The notes beneath the pieces were generated by a model, which was not told where the DNA came from, made no database searches, and was given only the letters and a program-made list of their open reading frames with translations. Below, in pieces: positions 1-11,641 of a DNA stretch of 64,000 nt; within the stretch, counting starts at the first letter, position 1, and each line of letters begins with the position of its first letter. Both the position numbers and the translations under genes were made by a program. This DNA is from an uncultured Gemmatimonadales bacterium (GTDB lineage: Bacteria; Gemmatimonadota; Gemmatimonadetes; Gemmatimonadales; GWC2-71-9): the NCBI GenBank assembly GCA_963748815.1, contig CAVVKJ010000010.1, forward strand, positions 32,001 to 96,000, given 5' to 3'.

Positions 1-408
1 AAGAAGGAAAAGATCGCGGTCGCCGAGGCGAACAAGCTGGGGATCCCGGTGGTGGCCATCGTGGACACCAACGCCGACCCCGACGTGATCACGGTGCCGA
101 TCCCGGGCAACGACGACGCGATTCGCGCCGTCGCCCTGATCACCCAGGCGCTGGCCGAGACCATTGCCGAGGCCCGGGCGCAGATGCCGGCCCGCGAGGC
201 GGGCGAGGCGGACGATTCCGAGACCTACAGCACCGATTCCGGCACGGAAGGGGACGCCGACGCGGATCGGAAGAAGCGCCGGGCCCGCCGCAAGCGTCGT
301 CCGAAGCCGGAGGCCATCGCGGCCCGGCTGAAGGGCGAGGCGGAGACGGCAGAGTCGGGGGAGGCGGAGGCGGCCGCCCCGGCTGCCGCGGCTGAATCGG
401 ACGCCTAG
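1..408 (+). CDS. rpsB: 30S ribosomal protein S2, 3' part (runs off window start)
   Basis: [30 protein letters not shown] is the S2 C-terminal signature; lies upstream of tsf. Confidence 0.95.
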   Translation, partial: KKEKIAVAEANKLGIPVVAIVDTNADPDVITVPIPGNDDAIRAVALITQALAETIAEARAQMPAREAGEADDSETYSTDSGTEGDADADRKKRRARRKRRPKPEAIAARLKGEAETAESGEAEAAAPAAAAESDA

Positions 409-433
409 TCCGGCTTCCGCGGGATCCAGCGCG

Positions 434-473
434 CCGCCGCCCCCGGCCTCCAACCGGCTAGGGCGGCGGTTTC
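434..473 (+). terminator. GC-rich hairpin between rpsB and tsf (possible attenuating terminator)
   Basis: ccgccgccc (434-442) pairs with gggcggcgg (461-469), followed by a short T run. Confidence 0.4.
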
Positions 474-504
474 ACTATCCATCATCACCAGTGAGTGCAA
501 GACC

Positions 505-1117
505 ATGACGACGAAGACACACGCGATTGCTGCGAAGGATGTGGCCGAGCTCCGCGCCCGGACCGGCGCGGGCATGATGGACTGCAAGAAGGCGCTCGAG
601 GACGCCGCCGGCGACATGGGCAAGGCGGTCGAGTTCCTGCGCGCCAAGGGCATCGCGAAGGCCGAGAAGCGGGCCGGCCGGAGCGCCAGCCAGGGCCTCG
701 TGGTCAACTACATGCACCACAACGGGCAGGTCGGGGTGCTGGTCGAGCTGAACAGCGAAACCGACTTCGTCGCCCGGACCGAGGAGTTCGGCCAGTTGGC
801 GCGCGACATCGCGCTCCACATCGCCTCGGCCGATCCGATTGGCGGTCAACGCCGAGGACATCGATCCGGCGCTGCTCGAGAGCGAGCGCCGCATTGCCGA
901 GCAGCAGGTGGCCGAGGAGGGCAAGCCCGAGGCCATCCGCGCCAAGATCGTCGAGGGCAAGCTCAAGAAGTTCGTGGCGGAGCGGACCCTGCTGGAGCAG
1001 CCGTTCGTGAAGGATGACAGCAAGACGATCGGCGAGCTCGTGAAGGAAGTGTCGGGCAAGCTCGGCGAGGCCCTCGTGGTCCGCCGCTTCGCCCGGTTCA
1101 AGATCGGGGAGGACTGA
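505..1117 (+). CDS. tsf: Elongation factor Ts, short form (frameshift near 840, probable sequencing error)
   Basis: [17 protein letters not shown] and [10 protein letters not shown] in ORF 505; [25 protein letters not shown] in ORF 839-1117. Confidence 0.93.
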
Positions 1118-1827
1118 TGGCCCTCGCCTATGCCCGGGCGTTGTTGAAGGTGTCCGGCGAGGCGCTCGCCGGCGAGAAGGGCGTGGGCGTGGACTTCAAG
1201 GTCGTCGAGACCCTGGCCGACCAGATCAAGACGGTGCACGCGATGGGCGTGCAGCTCAGCCTCGTGGTCGGCGGCGGCAACATCATCCGGGGGACCGCCG
1301 CCAGCCGCGACGGGCTCGACCGGGTCAACGCCGACTACATGGGCATGCTGGCCACGGTCATCAACGCCCTGGCCATGCAGGACGTCCTTGAAAAGCTCGG
1401 CGTGCACACCCGCGTGATGACCGCCATCCGCATGGAGTCGCTCGCCGAGCCGTACATCCGGCGCCGCGCCCAGCGGCACCTCGAGAAGGGCCGCCTCGTC
1501 ATCTTCGCGGGCGGCACCGGCAACCCGTTCTTCTCCACGGACACCGCCGCGGTGCTGCGGGCGCTCGAGGTGGAGGCCGACGTCATCCTCAAGGCCACCA
1601 ACGTCGACGGCGTGTACACCGCGGATCCCCGCACCGACGCGAGCGCCACGTTCATCCCGGAGCTCACCTTCCAGGAAGCGATCGTCAAGGGCTACGCGGT
1701 CATGGACGCCAACGCGTTCGGGCTCTGCAAGGCCAACCAGCTTCCCATCCTGGTCTTCAACATCAACGAACCCGGAGCCATCGCGCGGATCCTGCGGGGC
1801 GAGCGGGTCGGGACGATCGTCCGATGA
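1117..1827 (+). CDS. pyrH: UMP kinase
   Basis: [29 protein letters not shown] motifs; synteny. Confidence 0.97.
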   Translation: MALAYARALLKVSGEALAGEKGVGVDFKVVETLADQIKTVHAMGVQLSLVVGGGNIIRGTAASRDGLDRVNADYMGMLATVINALAMQDVLEKLGVHTRVMTAIRMESLAEPYIRRRAQRHLEKGRLVIFAGGTGNPFFSTDTAAVLRALEVEADVILKATNVDGVYTADPRTDASATFIPELTFQEAIVKGYAVMDANAFGLCKANQLPILVFNINEPGAIARILRGERVGTIVR

Positions 1828-2378
1828 GCACGATTCCAGAACTTCTCAAGCACTGCCGGGAGCTGATGGTCAAGGCGGTGGAGAGCACCAAGCGCGAACT
1901 GACCGGCATCCGGAGCGGCAAGGCGAGCACCGCGCTCCTCGACACCATTCGTGTGGAGGCCTACGGGTCGACCGTGCCGCTCAACCAGGTGGCCATGGTC
2001 GCGGCTCCCGAGGCCCGCATGCTCACGGTCCAGCCGTTCGACAAGTCGCTGGCGCCGGTCATCGAGAAGGCCATCCGCGACGGCGACCTCGGCCTCAACC
2101 CCGCCTCGCAGGGCAACGTCATCCGGGTGCCGCTGCCCGCCCTCTCCGAGGAGCGGCGCAAGGAACTCGTGAAGGTGGTGCACAAGCTCGCCGAAGAGGG
2201 GCGCATCGCCATCCGTCACGCGCGGACCGACACCCTCGGCAAGATCAAGAAGCTCGAGCACATGTCCGAGGACGACAAGACGCGCGGCGAAAAGGACGTC
2301 CAGAAACTGACGGACGAACATGTGAAGCTCGTGGACGAGATCATCAAGTCCAAAGAAGCGGAAATCATGGAAGTGTGA
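1824..2378 (+). CDS. frr: Ribosome recycling factor
   Basis: [36 protein letters not shown]. Confidence 0.97.
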   Translation: MSTIPELLKHCRELMVKAVESTKRELTGIRSGKASTALLDTIRVEAYGSTVPLNQVAMVAAPEARMLTVQPFDKSLAPVIEKAIRDGDLGLNPASQGNVIRVPLPALSEERRKELVKVVHKLAEEGRIAIRHARTDTLGKIKKLEHMSEDDKTRGEKDVQKLTDEHVKLVDEIIKSKEAEIMEV

Positions 2379-2382
2379 CCGG

Positions 2383-3123
2383 ATGAGCGATCCGCTGCTT
2401 GACTCGATCCACCAGCAGGGCGCGGTCCCGGCGCACGTCGCCATCATCATGGACGGCAACGGGCGCTGGGCGCAGGCGCGCGCGCTGCCCCGCCCGGCGG
2501 GGCACCAGGCCGGCATGCAGGCAGTCCGCGAGGCGGTCGAGGGAGCGCGCAACGCCGGGGTGCGGGTGCTCACCCTCTTCGCGTTCTCCCAGGAAAACTG
2601 GCAGCGCCCCGCCGAAGAAATTGACGCCCTCATGGCGCTCCTCGAAGAGTATATCGCCCGGGAGCGCGAAGAACTGGTGGCCAAGGGGGTGGCGGTCCGC
2701 TTCCTCGGCGACCTCGACCGGCTGGTGCCCAGCGCGCGCGCCGCGGTGGACGACACCATCCGCGCCACGGCGGGCGGCACCGAGCTGGCCCTCAACATTT
2801 GCATCTCGTACGGCTCCCGCGCCGAGCTGACCCGCGCGGCACGCCTCATCGCCGAGGACGTCGCGGCCGGCCGGCTGGTGCCCGCCGAAGTGGACGAGGC
2901 CGCGGTGGCCCGCCGGCTCTACACGGCGCCCTGGCCCGATCCCGACCTGCTCATCCGAACCTCGGGCGAACTCCGGCTCTCCAATTTCCTGCTCTGGCAA
3001 CTCGCCTACGCGGAGCTGTTCGTCACCCCGGTCCTCTGGCCCGACTTCACGCGGCACGACTTCTTCGAGGCCGTCGCCGAGTTCCAGCGCCGCGACCGGC
3101 GCTTCGGACGCGTCCCGACCTGA
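2383..3123 (+). CDS. uppS: Undecaprenyl diphosphate synthase
   Basis: HVAIIMDGNGRWA, FAFSQENW, PDLLIRTSGELRLSNFLLWQ. Confidence 0.97.
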   Translation: MSDPLLDSIHQQGAVPAHVAIIMDGNGRWAQARALPRPAGHQAGMQAVREAVEGARNAGVRVLTLFAFSQENWQRPAEEIDALMALLEEYIAREREELVAKGVAVRFLGDLDRLVPSARAAVDDTIRATAGGTELALNICISYGSRAELTRAARLIAEDVAAGRLVPAEVDEAAVARRLYTAPWPDPDLLIRTSGELRLSNFLLWQLAYAELFVTPVLWPDFTRHDFFEAVAEFQRRDRRFGRVPT

Positions 3124-3989
3124 TGGATCGCAACATGCAGGCGCGGATCGCGTTCGCTGTCGTCGCGATCCCGGCGGCGCTGGCCATCGTCTGGTTCGGC
3201 GGGTGGGCGCTGGTGGCGCTGCTGACGGTCGCCGGGGTGCTCGGCACCCGGGAACTCTTCAATTTCGCCCGACAGCGCGGCGTGCATCCCTCGCCGGTGC
3301 TGGGGCTCGGCGCCGCGGCCCTCGCCGCCCCGCTCACCTGGCTCGCCCTCAGCCGCTCCAGCGTGTTCGTGATCATCGCCGACTGGTGGCCCTACGCTGG
3401 CGCGGTCTGGATTCTCTCGGTTCTGGGCTGGGCGACGCTGCGCCGGGCCCCCGACGCCCACCCCCTCGGGGCGGCGACGGTCACCCTGGTCGGCCCGCTC
3501 TACGCCGCGGCGCTCCCCGCCTTCCTGCTGGTGCTGCGCCACTCCTCGTTCGGCCTGAAGTCGGCGGCCGGCACCGCCCTCGTCTTCTTCCCCCTCATCG
3601 TGACCTGGGTCGGCGACTCGGCGGCGATGTCGGGCGGGCGCGCGTTCGGCGGGCCGAAGATGGCGCCGACCATCAGCCCGGGAAAGACCCGCTCCGGCGG
3701 CGTCGCCGGCCTGGTCGGTTCCACGGTGGCCGGGGCGCTGCTGGTGCCGCTCGCGCTGCGCCCCGCCGGCTTCGACCTCGGCGTCGCCCCCGCCGCCGCG
3801 ATCGGACTGCTGCTTGGGGCGGTGGGGCAAGTGGGCGACCTCGCCGAGTCGCTCCTCAAGCGGGAGGCGGGCGTCAAGGATTCCAGCCACCTGATCCCCG
3901 GCCACGGCGGGGTCCTCGACCGGTTCGATTCGCTGATCTTCGTGCTTCCCGTCGCGGCGCTCCTGTTCCGCCTGCTCGGCGTCCTCTGA
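3123..3989 (+). CDS. cdsA: Phosphatidate cytidylyltransferase
   Basis: Hydrophobic; ISPGKT, GDLAESLLKREAGVKDS..IPGHGGVLDRFDS; ATG overlaps uppS TGA. Confidence 0.95.
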   Translation: MDRNMQARIAFAVVAIPAALAIVWFGGWALVALLTVAGVLGTRELFNFARQRGVHPSPVLGLGAAALAAPLTWLALSRSSVFVIIADWWPYAGAVWILSVLGWATLRRAPDAHPLGAATVTLVGPLYAAALPAFLLVLRHSSFGLKSAAGTALVFFPLIVTWVGDSAAMSGGRAFGGPKMAPTISPGKTRSGGVAGLVGSTVAGALLVPLALRPAGFDLGVAPAAAIGLLLGAVGQVGDLAESLLKREAGVKDSSHLIPGHGGVLDRFDSLIFVLPVAALLFRLLGVL

Positions 3990-5083
3990 TGCGTGGGGTG
4001 GCGGTGCTGGGCTCGACCGGCTCGATCGGCCGGAGCACGCTGGCCGTCCTCGAACGGCAGCGGGAACACTTCCGCGTCGTGGCCCTGACCGGCGGTCGCA
4101 ACGCCTCCCTCCTCGAAACGCAGCGCCGCGCCTGGACGCCCGAGTTCACGGGGCTGGCCGATTCCGCCGGCGCGGACGTCCTGATCGAGGCGGCCACCCA
4201 CCCCGCGGTGGACATCGTGGTGAACGCGGTCGTGGGCGCCGCCGGCCTCGACGCGACGCTCGCCGCGCTCCGTGCCGGCAAGCGGGTCGCGCTGGCCAAC
4301 AAGGAGTCGCTGGTCATGGCCGGGGAGCTGGTGCTGGAGGCGGCGCGGTCCGGGGGCGGCGAACTGATCCCGGTGGACAGCGAGCACAGCGCGGTGCTGC
4401 AGTGCCTCGCCGGACACGGTGGCGAGCTGGAGCGCCTTATCCTGACGGCGTCCGGCGGCCCGTTCCGCGAGTGGCCTGCGGCCCGGGTGGCGGCGGCCAC
4501 GGTGGAGGAGGCGCTGCGCCATCCGACCTGGACGATGGGCAGCAAGATCACCGTCGACAGCGCCACGCTCGCGAACAAGGCGCTCGAGGTCATCGAGGCG
4601 CACTTCCTCTACGGGCTCCCCTACGACCGGATCGAGGTGGTGGTGCACCCGCAGAGCATCGTGCATGCGTTCGTGGAGTTCCGCGACGGCAGCGTCCTCG
4701 CGCAACTCGGCTTCCCGACGATGGAGCTGCCCATTCTCTACGCGCTCACCCATCCCGCCCGGCTGCCAGACCGCGGCGTGCCGCGGTTCGATCCGGTCGC
4801 GGCCGGGGCGCTGACCTTCGAGCCGGTGCGTGCCGACGTGTTTCACACCTTCGCGGCCGGCGTCGAGGCGGGCCGCGCCGGCGGGACCGCCCCCGCGGCG
4901 TTCAACGCCGCCAACGAGGTCGCCGTCGCCGCCTTTCTCGACCGCCGCATTCCGTTCGGCCGCATCGGGGAGACCGTGCGCGCCGTGCTCGACGCCCACG
5001 CCGTCCAGCCCGCCACGACGCTGGAGGCGGTGCGCGAGGCAGACCGGTGGGCGCGGGCCCGAGCCCTGGAGGAGATGACGTGA
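3989..5083 (+). CDS. dxr: 1-deoxy-D-xylulose 5-phosphate reductoisomerase
   Basis: VLGSTGSIG, LANKESLV, PVDSEHSA, LTASGGPF, HPTWTMGSKITVDSAT. Confidence 0.97.
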   Translation: MRGVAVLGSTGSIGRSTLAVLERQREHFRVVALTGGRNASLLETQRRAWTPEFTGLADSAGADVLIEAATHPAVDIVVNAVVGAAGLDATLAALRAGKRVALANKESLVMAGELVLEAARSGGGELIPVDSEHSAVLQCLAGHGGELERLILTASGGPFREWPAARVAAATVEEALRHPTWTMGSKITVDSATLANKALEVIEAHFLYGLPYDRIEVVVHPQSIVHAFVEFRDGSVLAQLGFPTMELPILYALTHPARLPDRGVPRFDPVAAGALTFEPVRADVFHTFAAGVEAGRAGGTAPAAFNAANEVAVAAFLDRRIPFGRIGETVRAVLDAHAVQPATTLEAVREADRWARARALEEMT

Positions 5084-6456
5084 TCGCTCTGCAGACTACC
5101 CTGTCCCTGCTGGTCGTCCTCGGCATCCTGGTCTTCGTGCACGAGGCCGGGCACTTCCTCGCCGCGAAGTGGGCCGGCGTCTGGGTGCATCGTTTCGCGC
5201 TCGGCATTGGCAACCCGATTCCGGGCCTCTCCTTCAAGTGGCGCGAGACCGAGTATGCCATCTGCTGGCTGCCGCTCGGCGGGTACGTCAAGATGGCCAC
5301 CGCGGAAGAGGAGGCCACCAGCAGCGCGCTCGAGGGCGGGACGCCGGAGGCGGTCGTGCCCCCCGAGATGTACTTCGAGGCGAAGCCGGTCTGGAAGCGG
5401 ATGATCATCATCCTGGCCGGCGTGACGATGAACACCCTCTTCGCGTGGGCGGTGTTTGCCGGCCTGGCGCTCTCGAACGGCCGGGCCATCAACCCGGAGA
5501 CCCGGGTCGGCCAGGTCGCGACCGCGGACTTGCCGCCGGCGCTGGCCCCGCTCGCCGGGCTCCAGCCGGGCGACAGCATCGTTGCCGTCAATGGCGTGCC
5601 GGTCGCCGACTGGGGCGAGGTGATCGACGGCGTGATGAACGGGCACAGCGACACGATCACCATCGCGGTGGCGGGGAAGCCGCCGATCATCCTGCCGATC
5701 CATCCCGACGCCGTCGAGGAGCGGGCACTGGCGGCGCAGGCCATCAATCCCTGGCTGCCGGCCGAGGTCGCCCTGGTCAATCCAGGGAGCGCGGCCAGCC
5801 GCGCGGGGCTCGAGCCCGGGGACGTCCTGCTCTCGATCGGGGGGGTGCCGACGCCGCAGTGGTGGGACATGAAGTCGTTCGTCGAGGTCCATCCCGGCGA
5901 CACGGTGGCCATCGTGGTGCAGCGGGGCGGCGCCGAGCTCTCGCTGACCGCCGTGCCGACCTCGGAAGTCCTTCGCGGGGCCGACGGCACCGAGCGGACC
6001 GTCGGGCTGCTCGGCGTGCTCCCGGCCACGCAGGCGGTGTACGAACCGTTCTCCCTCGGCGAGGCGATCGGGGCAGGGCTCGACGCCACCATCAACGCCT
6101 CGACGACCGTGGTCCGCTCGGTGCGCGGCATGCTGACGGGCCGGGTCTCGAGCCGGAGCATCGGGGGTCCCATCGCGATCGGGCAGATGGCGGCGCAGTC
6201 GGCCGAGGCGGGGTTGGGGATGTTCTTCGGCTTTCTCGGCCTGATCTCGGTCAACCTGGCGGTGCTGAACCTGCTGCCGATCCCGATCCTGGACGGCGGG
6301 CAGTTCCTCTTCCTGCTGGCGGAGGGAATCCTCCGGCGGCCGCTGTCGCTGAAGCTGCGGGAGCGGCTGACGCTGGTGGGGCTGGTGCTGGTGATGGCGC
6401 TGATGACCTTCGCCTTCTGGAACGACCTGAGCAAGCTCTTCGCGAACTGGGGCTAA
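5080..6456 (+). CDS. rseP: RIP metalloprotease RseP with PDZ domains
   Basis: HEAGH zinc motif, LPLGGYVKM, NLLPIPILDGG; GTG start overlaps dxr stop. Confidence 0.93.
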   Translation: MIALQTTLSLLVVLGILVFVHEAGHFLAAKWAGVWVHRFALGIGNPIPGLSFKWRETEYAICWLPLGGYVKMATAEEEATSSALEGGTPEAVVPPEMYFEAKPVWKRMIIILAGVTMNTLFAWAVFAGLALSNGRAINPETRVGQVATADLPPALAPLAGLQPGDSIVAVNGVPVADWGEVIDGVMNGHSDTITIAVAGKPPIILPIHPDAVEERALAAQAINPWLPAEVALVNPGSAASRAGLEPGDVLLSIGGVPTPQWWDMKSFVEVHPGDTVAIVVQRGGAELSLTAVPTSEVLRGADGTERTVGLLGVLPATQAVYEPFSLGEAIGAGLDATINASTTVVRSVRGMLTGRVSSRSIGGPIAIGQMAAQSAEAGLGMFFGFLGLISVNLAVLNLLPIPILDGGQFLFLLAEGILRRPLSLKLRERLTLVGLVLVMALMTFAFWNDLSKLFANWG

Positions 6457-6538
6457 GACGCTGCCGCGCAAGTGGTTACGCGTGCGGGCGTGGCGGGAGC
6501 GAGGGCGGCTTGGACGGAGCCGGAAGGTGTCCAACCCC

Positions 6539-6567
6539 TTGTCACGCCACAACTAGCGGGTTATTTT
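6539..6567 (+). promoter_or_regulatory. Putative sigma70 promoter of rpsO-pnp
   Basis: TTGTCA-N17-TATTTT. Confidence 0.5.
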
Positions 6568-6633
6568 TCTGTGCTTGAAAGAATCGTAGACAATCGACGT
6601 TGCCCACCCGGGCACCCAACGGAAATCGACAGA

Positions 6634-6894
6634 ATGAGCTTCGACAAGCAGGCCGTCACCGAAAAGCATCGCCTCCACGAAACGGACACCGGGTCCGCTC
6701 CGCTGCAGGTGGCCATGCTCACTGAGCGGATCAATTCGCTCACCGATCACTTCCGGACCCATTCGAAGGACCATCACGGTCGTCGTGGGCTCCTGAAGAT
6801 GGTCGGCACCCGGCGTCGCCTGCTCACCTACCTGAAGCGCAGCGACCTGCCGACCTACCGGGCGCTGATCGAGCAACTCGGTCTCCGCCACTAA
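6634..6894 (+). CDS. rpsO: 30S ribosomal protein S15
   Basis: [41 protein letters not shown]. Confidence 0.96.
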   Translation: MSFDKQAVTEKHRLHETDTGSAPLQVAMLTERINSLTDHFRTHSKDHHGRRGLLKMVGTRRRLLTYLKRSDLPTYRALIEQLGLRH

Positions 6895-6909
6895 CTGAAG
6901 CCCGTGGGC

Positions 6910-6947
6910 GAGGGCGTCCCGACCGAGCACGACGGGACGCCCTCTTT
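6910..6947 (+). terminator. Hairpin/intrinsic terminator between rpsO and pnp
   Basis: 12-bp stem gagggcgtcccg/cgggacgccctc followed by ttt. Confidence 0.6.
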
Positions 6948-6977
6948 GCATTGCGTGCTCTGAGAAAAGAAAAGGTT

Positions 6978-9075
6978 GTGACTGTGCATCGGATCGAAAC
7001 TGAATTCGCCGGCCGGACCCTCACGATCGAGACCGGCAAGATGGCGAAGCAGGCCGCCGGCTCGTGTCTCGTCCGCTTCGGCGACACCATGGTTCTGGCG
7101 GCGGTGACCGTCTCCAAGAACGTCTCCACCCTCCCGTTCTTCCCGCTCACGGTCGAGTATCGCGAGAAGACCTACGCCGCGGGCAAGATCCCCGGCGGGT
7201 TCCTCAAGCGGGAAGGCCGTCCGTCGGACAAGGAAATCCTTGCCGCCCGCGGCATCGACCGGTCGATCCGGCCGCTCTTCCCCGAGGGGTTCAAGAACGA
7301 GATCCAGGTGTTCGTCACCGTCATCTCGGCCGACCAGGAGAACGACGCCGACGTCCTCGGCGTGCTGGCCGCCTCGACGGCGCTCAGCATCTCGCCGATT
7401 CCGTGGGACGGTCCGATCGCCGCGGTGCGCGTCGGCCAGGTCGAGGGCAACTGGATCCTCAACCCGACCTTCCAGCAGCTTGAGTTTTCCGACGCTCGAC
7501 CTCTTCGTCACCGGGTCGGCCGACTCGATCGTGATGGTCGAGGGCGGGGCGCACGAAATCTCCGAGAAGGACGTCCTCGAGCGCCCTCAAGATCGGGCAG
7601 AAGGGGATCAAGGAGCTGGTCGGGCACGCCAAGAAGATCATCGCCAAGGCGGCCAAGCCGAAGATGGCGTGGAAGAAGGCCGAGCGGGACGAGGCCCTCA
7701 CCAAGCGTGTCACCGAGCTGCTCGAGAAGCCGATGGCCAAGGCGATCAACGCGAAGGACAAGGCCGCGCGCGCCGAGGGCGTCGCCGAGGTCAAGTCGGC
7801 CGCCATCGAGACGCTGGCCGCCGAGTTCCCCGACGCCGGCCGGACATCGGCAACGAGATCGAGGAAGTCGAGTACCGCGTCATGCGCGCCCAGGTGCTCG
7901 ACAAGGGCGAGCGGGTCGACGGACGCGACATCGACACGGTGCGGCCGATCACGCATCGAGAGCCAGCGTGCTGCCCGCGCGCGCACGGCTCCGCGCTGTT
8001 CACGCGCGGCCAGACCCAGGCGCTGGTGGCCGTGACCCTCGGCACCGCCGACGACGAGCAGCGCATCGACACCATCGACGTGCCGCGCGAAACGACCAAG
8101 TCGTTCATGCTGCACTACAACTTCCCGCCGTACTGCACCGGCGAAGTGAAGATCGATCCGCGGCACCAGCCGCCGCGAAATCGGCCACGGCATGCTCGCC
8201 GAGCGGGCCCTGCAGGCGCTGCTCCCGCGCGTACGAGGAGTTCCCCTACACGATGCGCATCGTCTCGGAAGTCCTCGAGTCGAACGGCTCGTCGTCGATG
8301 GCGTCCGTCTGCGGCGGCTCGCTCGCGCTGATGGACGCCGGCGTGCCGATCAAGGCCGCCTGCGCCGGCGTCGCGATGGGGCTGATCAAGGAAGGGAAGA
8401 AGGTCGCCATCCTGACCGACATCCTCGGCTCCGAGGATCACCTCGGCGACATGGACTTCAAGGTGGCCGGCACGACGGCCGGCATCACCTCGATCCAGAT
8501 GGACATCAAGATCGAGGGCCTCGACCTCAAGATCATGGAAGAGGCGCTCGAGCAAGGCCCGCGACGGCCGCCTGCACATCCTCGGCGAGATGGCCAAGGC
8601 CCTCGACACCCACCGCGCCGGAGATGTCGCCGTGGGCGCCGCGGATCTTCACGCTGCAGATCAAGCCCGGACAAGATCGGCGACCTCATCGGCCCGAAGG
8701 GCAAGACCATCCGCGGCATCCAGGACGCCACCGGCGCCAAGATCAACGTCGAGGACTCCGGCCTCGTCACCATCGCCGCCGTCGGCGGCGAGGCGGGCGA
8801 GAAGGCCCGCGAGATGGTCATCGCCATCATGCACCGAGCCCGAGGTCGGCAAGATCTACGAGGGCCCGGTCAAGAGCACCACGGCGTTCGGCGCGTTCAT
8901 CGAGATCATGCCCGGCGTCGAGGGGCTGCTGCACATCAGCGAGCTCCAGCACGCCCGCATCGAGAAGACCGAGGACGTCGTCAAGAAGGGCGACATCGTC
9001 AAGGTCAAGCTCCTCGAGGTGGACGAGCGCGGCCGGATGAAGCTGTCCCGGAAGGCGCTCCTGCCGAAGGAGTAA
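6978..9075 (+). CDS. pnp: Polyribonucleotide nucleotidyltransferase (multiple frameshifts, probable errors)
   Basis: [66 protein letters not shown] and S1 domains, spread over several frames. Confidence 0.93.
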
Positions 9076-9080
9076 GGACG

Positions 9081-10339
9081 GTGACGACTGTCCGTCTCGA
9101 CGACGGGCTGTTCCAGACGAGCGCACCCAACGGCTGCATGCTCCTCACGGAGACGCTGCCGGGGGTTCGCTCGGCCGCCGTCGGGGATCTGGGTCCGCTC
9201 GGCGAGCGCCCACGAGGCCCGGCCGAAGATGGGCGTGTCCCACCTCCTCGAGCACATGGTGTTCAAGGGCACCGAGCGGCGCAGCGCGCACCAGATCGCC
9301 CTGGAGCTCGAGGTGCGCGGCGGGAGCCTCGACGCCTATACCAGCCGCGACCACACCGAGCTACCAGGCCCACGTCCTCGACACCGACCTCCCGCTGGCG
9401 GCCGACATCCTGACCGACCTGGTGCGCCGCCCGCTGCTCCGCGAGCAGGACCTCGTGCCGGAGCGCAACGTGGTGCTGGAGGAGATCAACGGCGTCGAGG
9501 ACACGCCCGACGACCTGGTCTTCGAACTCCACTCCGAGACCCTCTGGCCGGCGCATCCCTACGGCTACTCGATCCTGGGCAGCGCCGACACCGTCACCGC
9601 CCTGTCGGCCGCGGACCTCCAGGCGCTCCCACCGAAACGGGTATTTCCGCGGCAACTGCGTCATCGCCGCCGCGGGCAACGTCGAGCACGAACAGCTCCT
9701 GGCGGTCCTGGCCGGCGAGGGGTGGTTCGACGGGCCCGACCTCGAGGCCCCGCTCCCCCCGCCGAGGCCGGCGCCCCCGCCCGCGGGGTCGTCCGACGCG
9801 AGGGCCGGGACACGACGCAGGCGCATATCGTCTTCGGCACGGATACGTTTCCGTACGCCGACAGCCGCCGGTACGCCATGGGGATGCTGGTCAACGCCTT
9901 CGGCGGCGGGATGTCGAGCCGACTCTTCCAGCGGATCCGCGAGGAGCTGGGGCTGGCGTACGCGATCTACGCCTACCACCAGTTCTACCGGTCGGCGGGG
10001 CAGTCGGGCGTCTACATCGGGACGAAGCCGGAGACGGCCGACCAGGCCATCGAGGCGATCCTGGCCGAGTACCGGCTGATGGCGACCGAGGGGCTTTCGC
10101 CGGCCGAAATCGAGGACGCGCGGCGCCAGTTGAAGGGACAGGTCATGCTCGGCCTCGAGAGCCCGCAGAGCCGGATGAACCGCCTCGCGAGCCTCTCGCT
10201 GCAGGGGGAGGCCTACCGTCCGCTCGACCGGGTCCTGGAGGAGATCGACGCCGTGACGCCGGAGACGCTCGCCGCGGTGGCGGCGGAGTACTTCGCGCCG
10301 GAGCGGCAGACGATTGTCAGGCTGGGACCGGCGGCGTAG
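9081..10339 (+). CDS. M16 family (pitrilysin-like) zinc peptidase (frameshifted)
   Basis: GVSHLLEHMVFKGT (HxxEH), GGGMSSRLFQRIREELGLAY; usual position after pnp. Confidence 0.88.
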
Positions 10340-10345
10340 TCTGGC

Positions 10346-10366
10346 AGGACTGAGGACTGAGGACTG
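10346..10366. repeat. 3 tandem copies of heptamer AGGACTG
   Basis: aggactg x3; same unit as the array downstream of tmRNA. Confidence 0.85.
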
Positions 10367-10376
10367 GCCATCTTCT

Positions 10377-10419
10377 GTCATTGCGAGGAGGCCCCGGCCG
10401 GGGCCGACGAAGCAATCTC
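10377..10419. repeat. REP-like palindromic element (GTCATTGCGAGG...GAAGCAATCTC type)
   Basis: gtcattgcgaggaggccccggccggggccgacgaagcaatctc folds on itself; matches a widespread GTCAT-starting REP-like class. Confidence 0.7.
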
Positions 10420-10486
10420 GGGCCGAGGGGAAGGCCTGATAGTTGAGGGCGTTGTCACATCACCGACATCTACCAAGGGTCGAGCC

Positions 10487-11599
10487 ATGATCATCGGCGT
10501 ACCGAAGGAAATCAAGACCAACGAGAATCGCATCGCGCTCGTCCCCGCCGGCGCCGAGGCGCTGGTCGGGGCCGGGCACACCGTGTACGTCGAGGCCGGG
10601 GCCGGGCTGGGGAGCGGATTCCCCGACGAGGCATACACCGCGGTCGGGGCCAAGACGCTGTCCACCGCCGACGAGGTCTGGGCCAAGGCCGACATGATCA
10701 TGAAGGTCAAGGAGCCGATCGCCGTGGAGTGGCCCCGGATGCGGAAGGGGCAGCTCATCTACACCTACTTCCATTTTGCCGCGGCCGAGGAGCTCACGAA
10801 GGCGGTCATCAAGTCGGGGGCGGTGGCGGTGGCGTACGAGACGGTGCAGCTGCCCAACGGCGAACTGCCCCTGCTGACGCCGATGTCCGAAGTCGCGGGT
10901 CGGATGGCGGTGCAGGAAGGCGCCAAGTACCTCGAGAAGGTGTTCGGCGGCAGCGGGATCCTGCTGGGCGGCGTGCCCGGCGTCGCCCCGGGCGAGGTGG
11001 TGATCATCGGCGGGGGCGTGGTCGGCATCGACGCCGCCAAGATGGCCGCCGGCCTCGGCGCCCACGTCACCATTCTCGACATGTCGCTCGACCGGCTCCG
11101 GTACCTCGATGACGTGCTCCCGGCGAACGTCGACACCTGCTATTCCAACCGCCACAACATCCTCGACGCGATCCGCAAGGCGGACCTCGTCGTCGGGGCG
11201 GTCCTGCTCACCGGGGCCAAGGCACCGCACCTGGTCAAGCGGGCCGACCTGGCGCTCATGAAGCCCGGGTCCGTGATCGTGGACGTGGCGGTGGACCAGG
11301 GCGGCTGCGTCGAGACCATCAAGCCGACGACGCACGAAAACCCGACCTACTTCGTCGACGGCATCCTCCACTACGCCGTGGCCAACATGCCGGGCGGGGT
11401 GCCGCGCACTTCCACGCTGGCGCTCACCAACGCCACGCTCCCGTACGGGCTGAAGCTGGCCAAGCTCGGCTGGAAGGCCGCCTGCAAGGCCGATCGCTCG
11501 CTCATGCTCGGCCTGAACGTCGTCGAGGGGAAGGTCGTCTACCCGGGGGTGGCCGAGGCGTTCGGCCTGCCGCTGGTCGACGTGGAGACGGTGCTCTAG
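10487..11599 (+). CDS. ald: Alanine dehydrogenase
   Basis: [49 protein letters not shown]. Confidence 0.97.
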   Translation: MIIGVPKEIKTNENRIALVPAGAEALVGAGHTVYVEAGAGLGSGFPDEAYTAVGAKTLSTADEVWAKADMIMKVKEPIAVEWPRMRKGQLIYTYFHFAAAEELTKAVIKSGAVAVAYETVQLPNGELPLLTPMSEVAGRMAVQEGAKYLEKVFGGSGILLGGVPGVAPGEVVIIGGGVVGIDAAKMAAGLGAHVTILDMSLDRLRYLDDVLPANVDTCYSNRHNILDAIRKADLVVGAVLLTGAKAPHLVKRADLALMKPGSVIVDVAVDQGGCVETIKPTTHENPTYFVDGILHYAVANMPGGVPRTSTLALTNATLPYGLKLAKLGWKAACKADRSLMLGLNVVEGKVVYPGVAEAFGLPLVDVETVL

Positions 11600-11641
11600 T
11601 GGCGGCAGCGCCCCGGCCGGTGACCCGCATCACATGATTCG

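Noticed and set aside
6978..9075. Programmed frameshifting or pseudogenisation of pnp and other broken genes
   Set aside because: Too many breaks, no consistent slippery motifs, essential genes equally affected; sequencing error is simpler
11628..11639. 12-mer CATCACATGATT shared with 34684-34695
   Set aside because: Only two occurrences, before unrelated genes, and no match to an operator I recognise; may be chance
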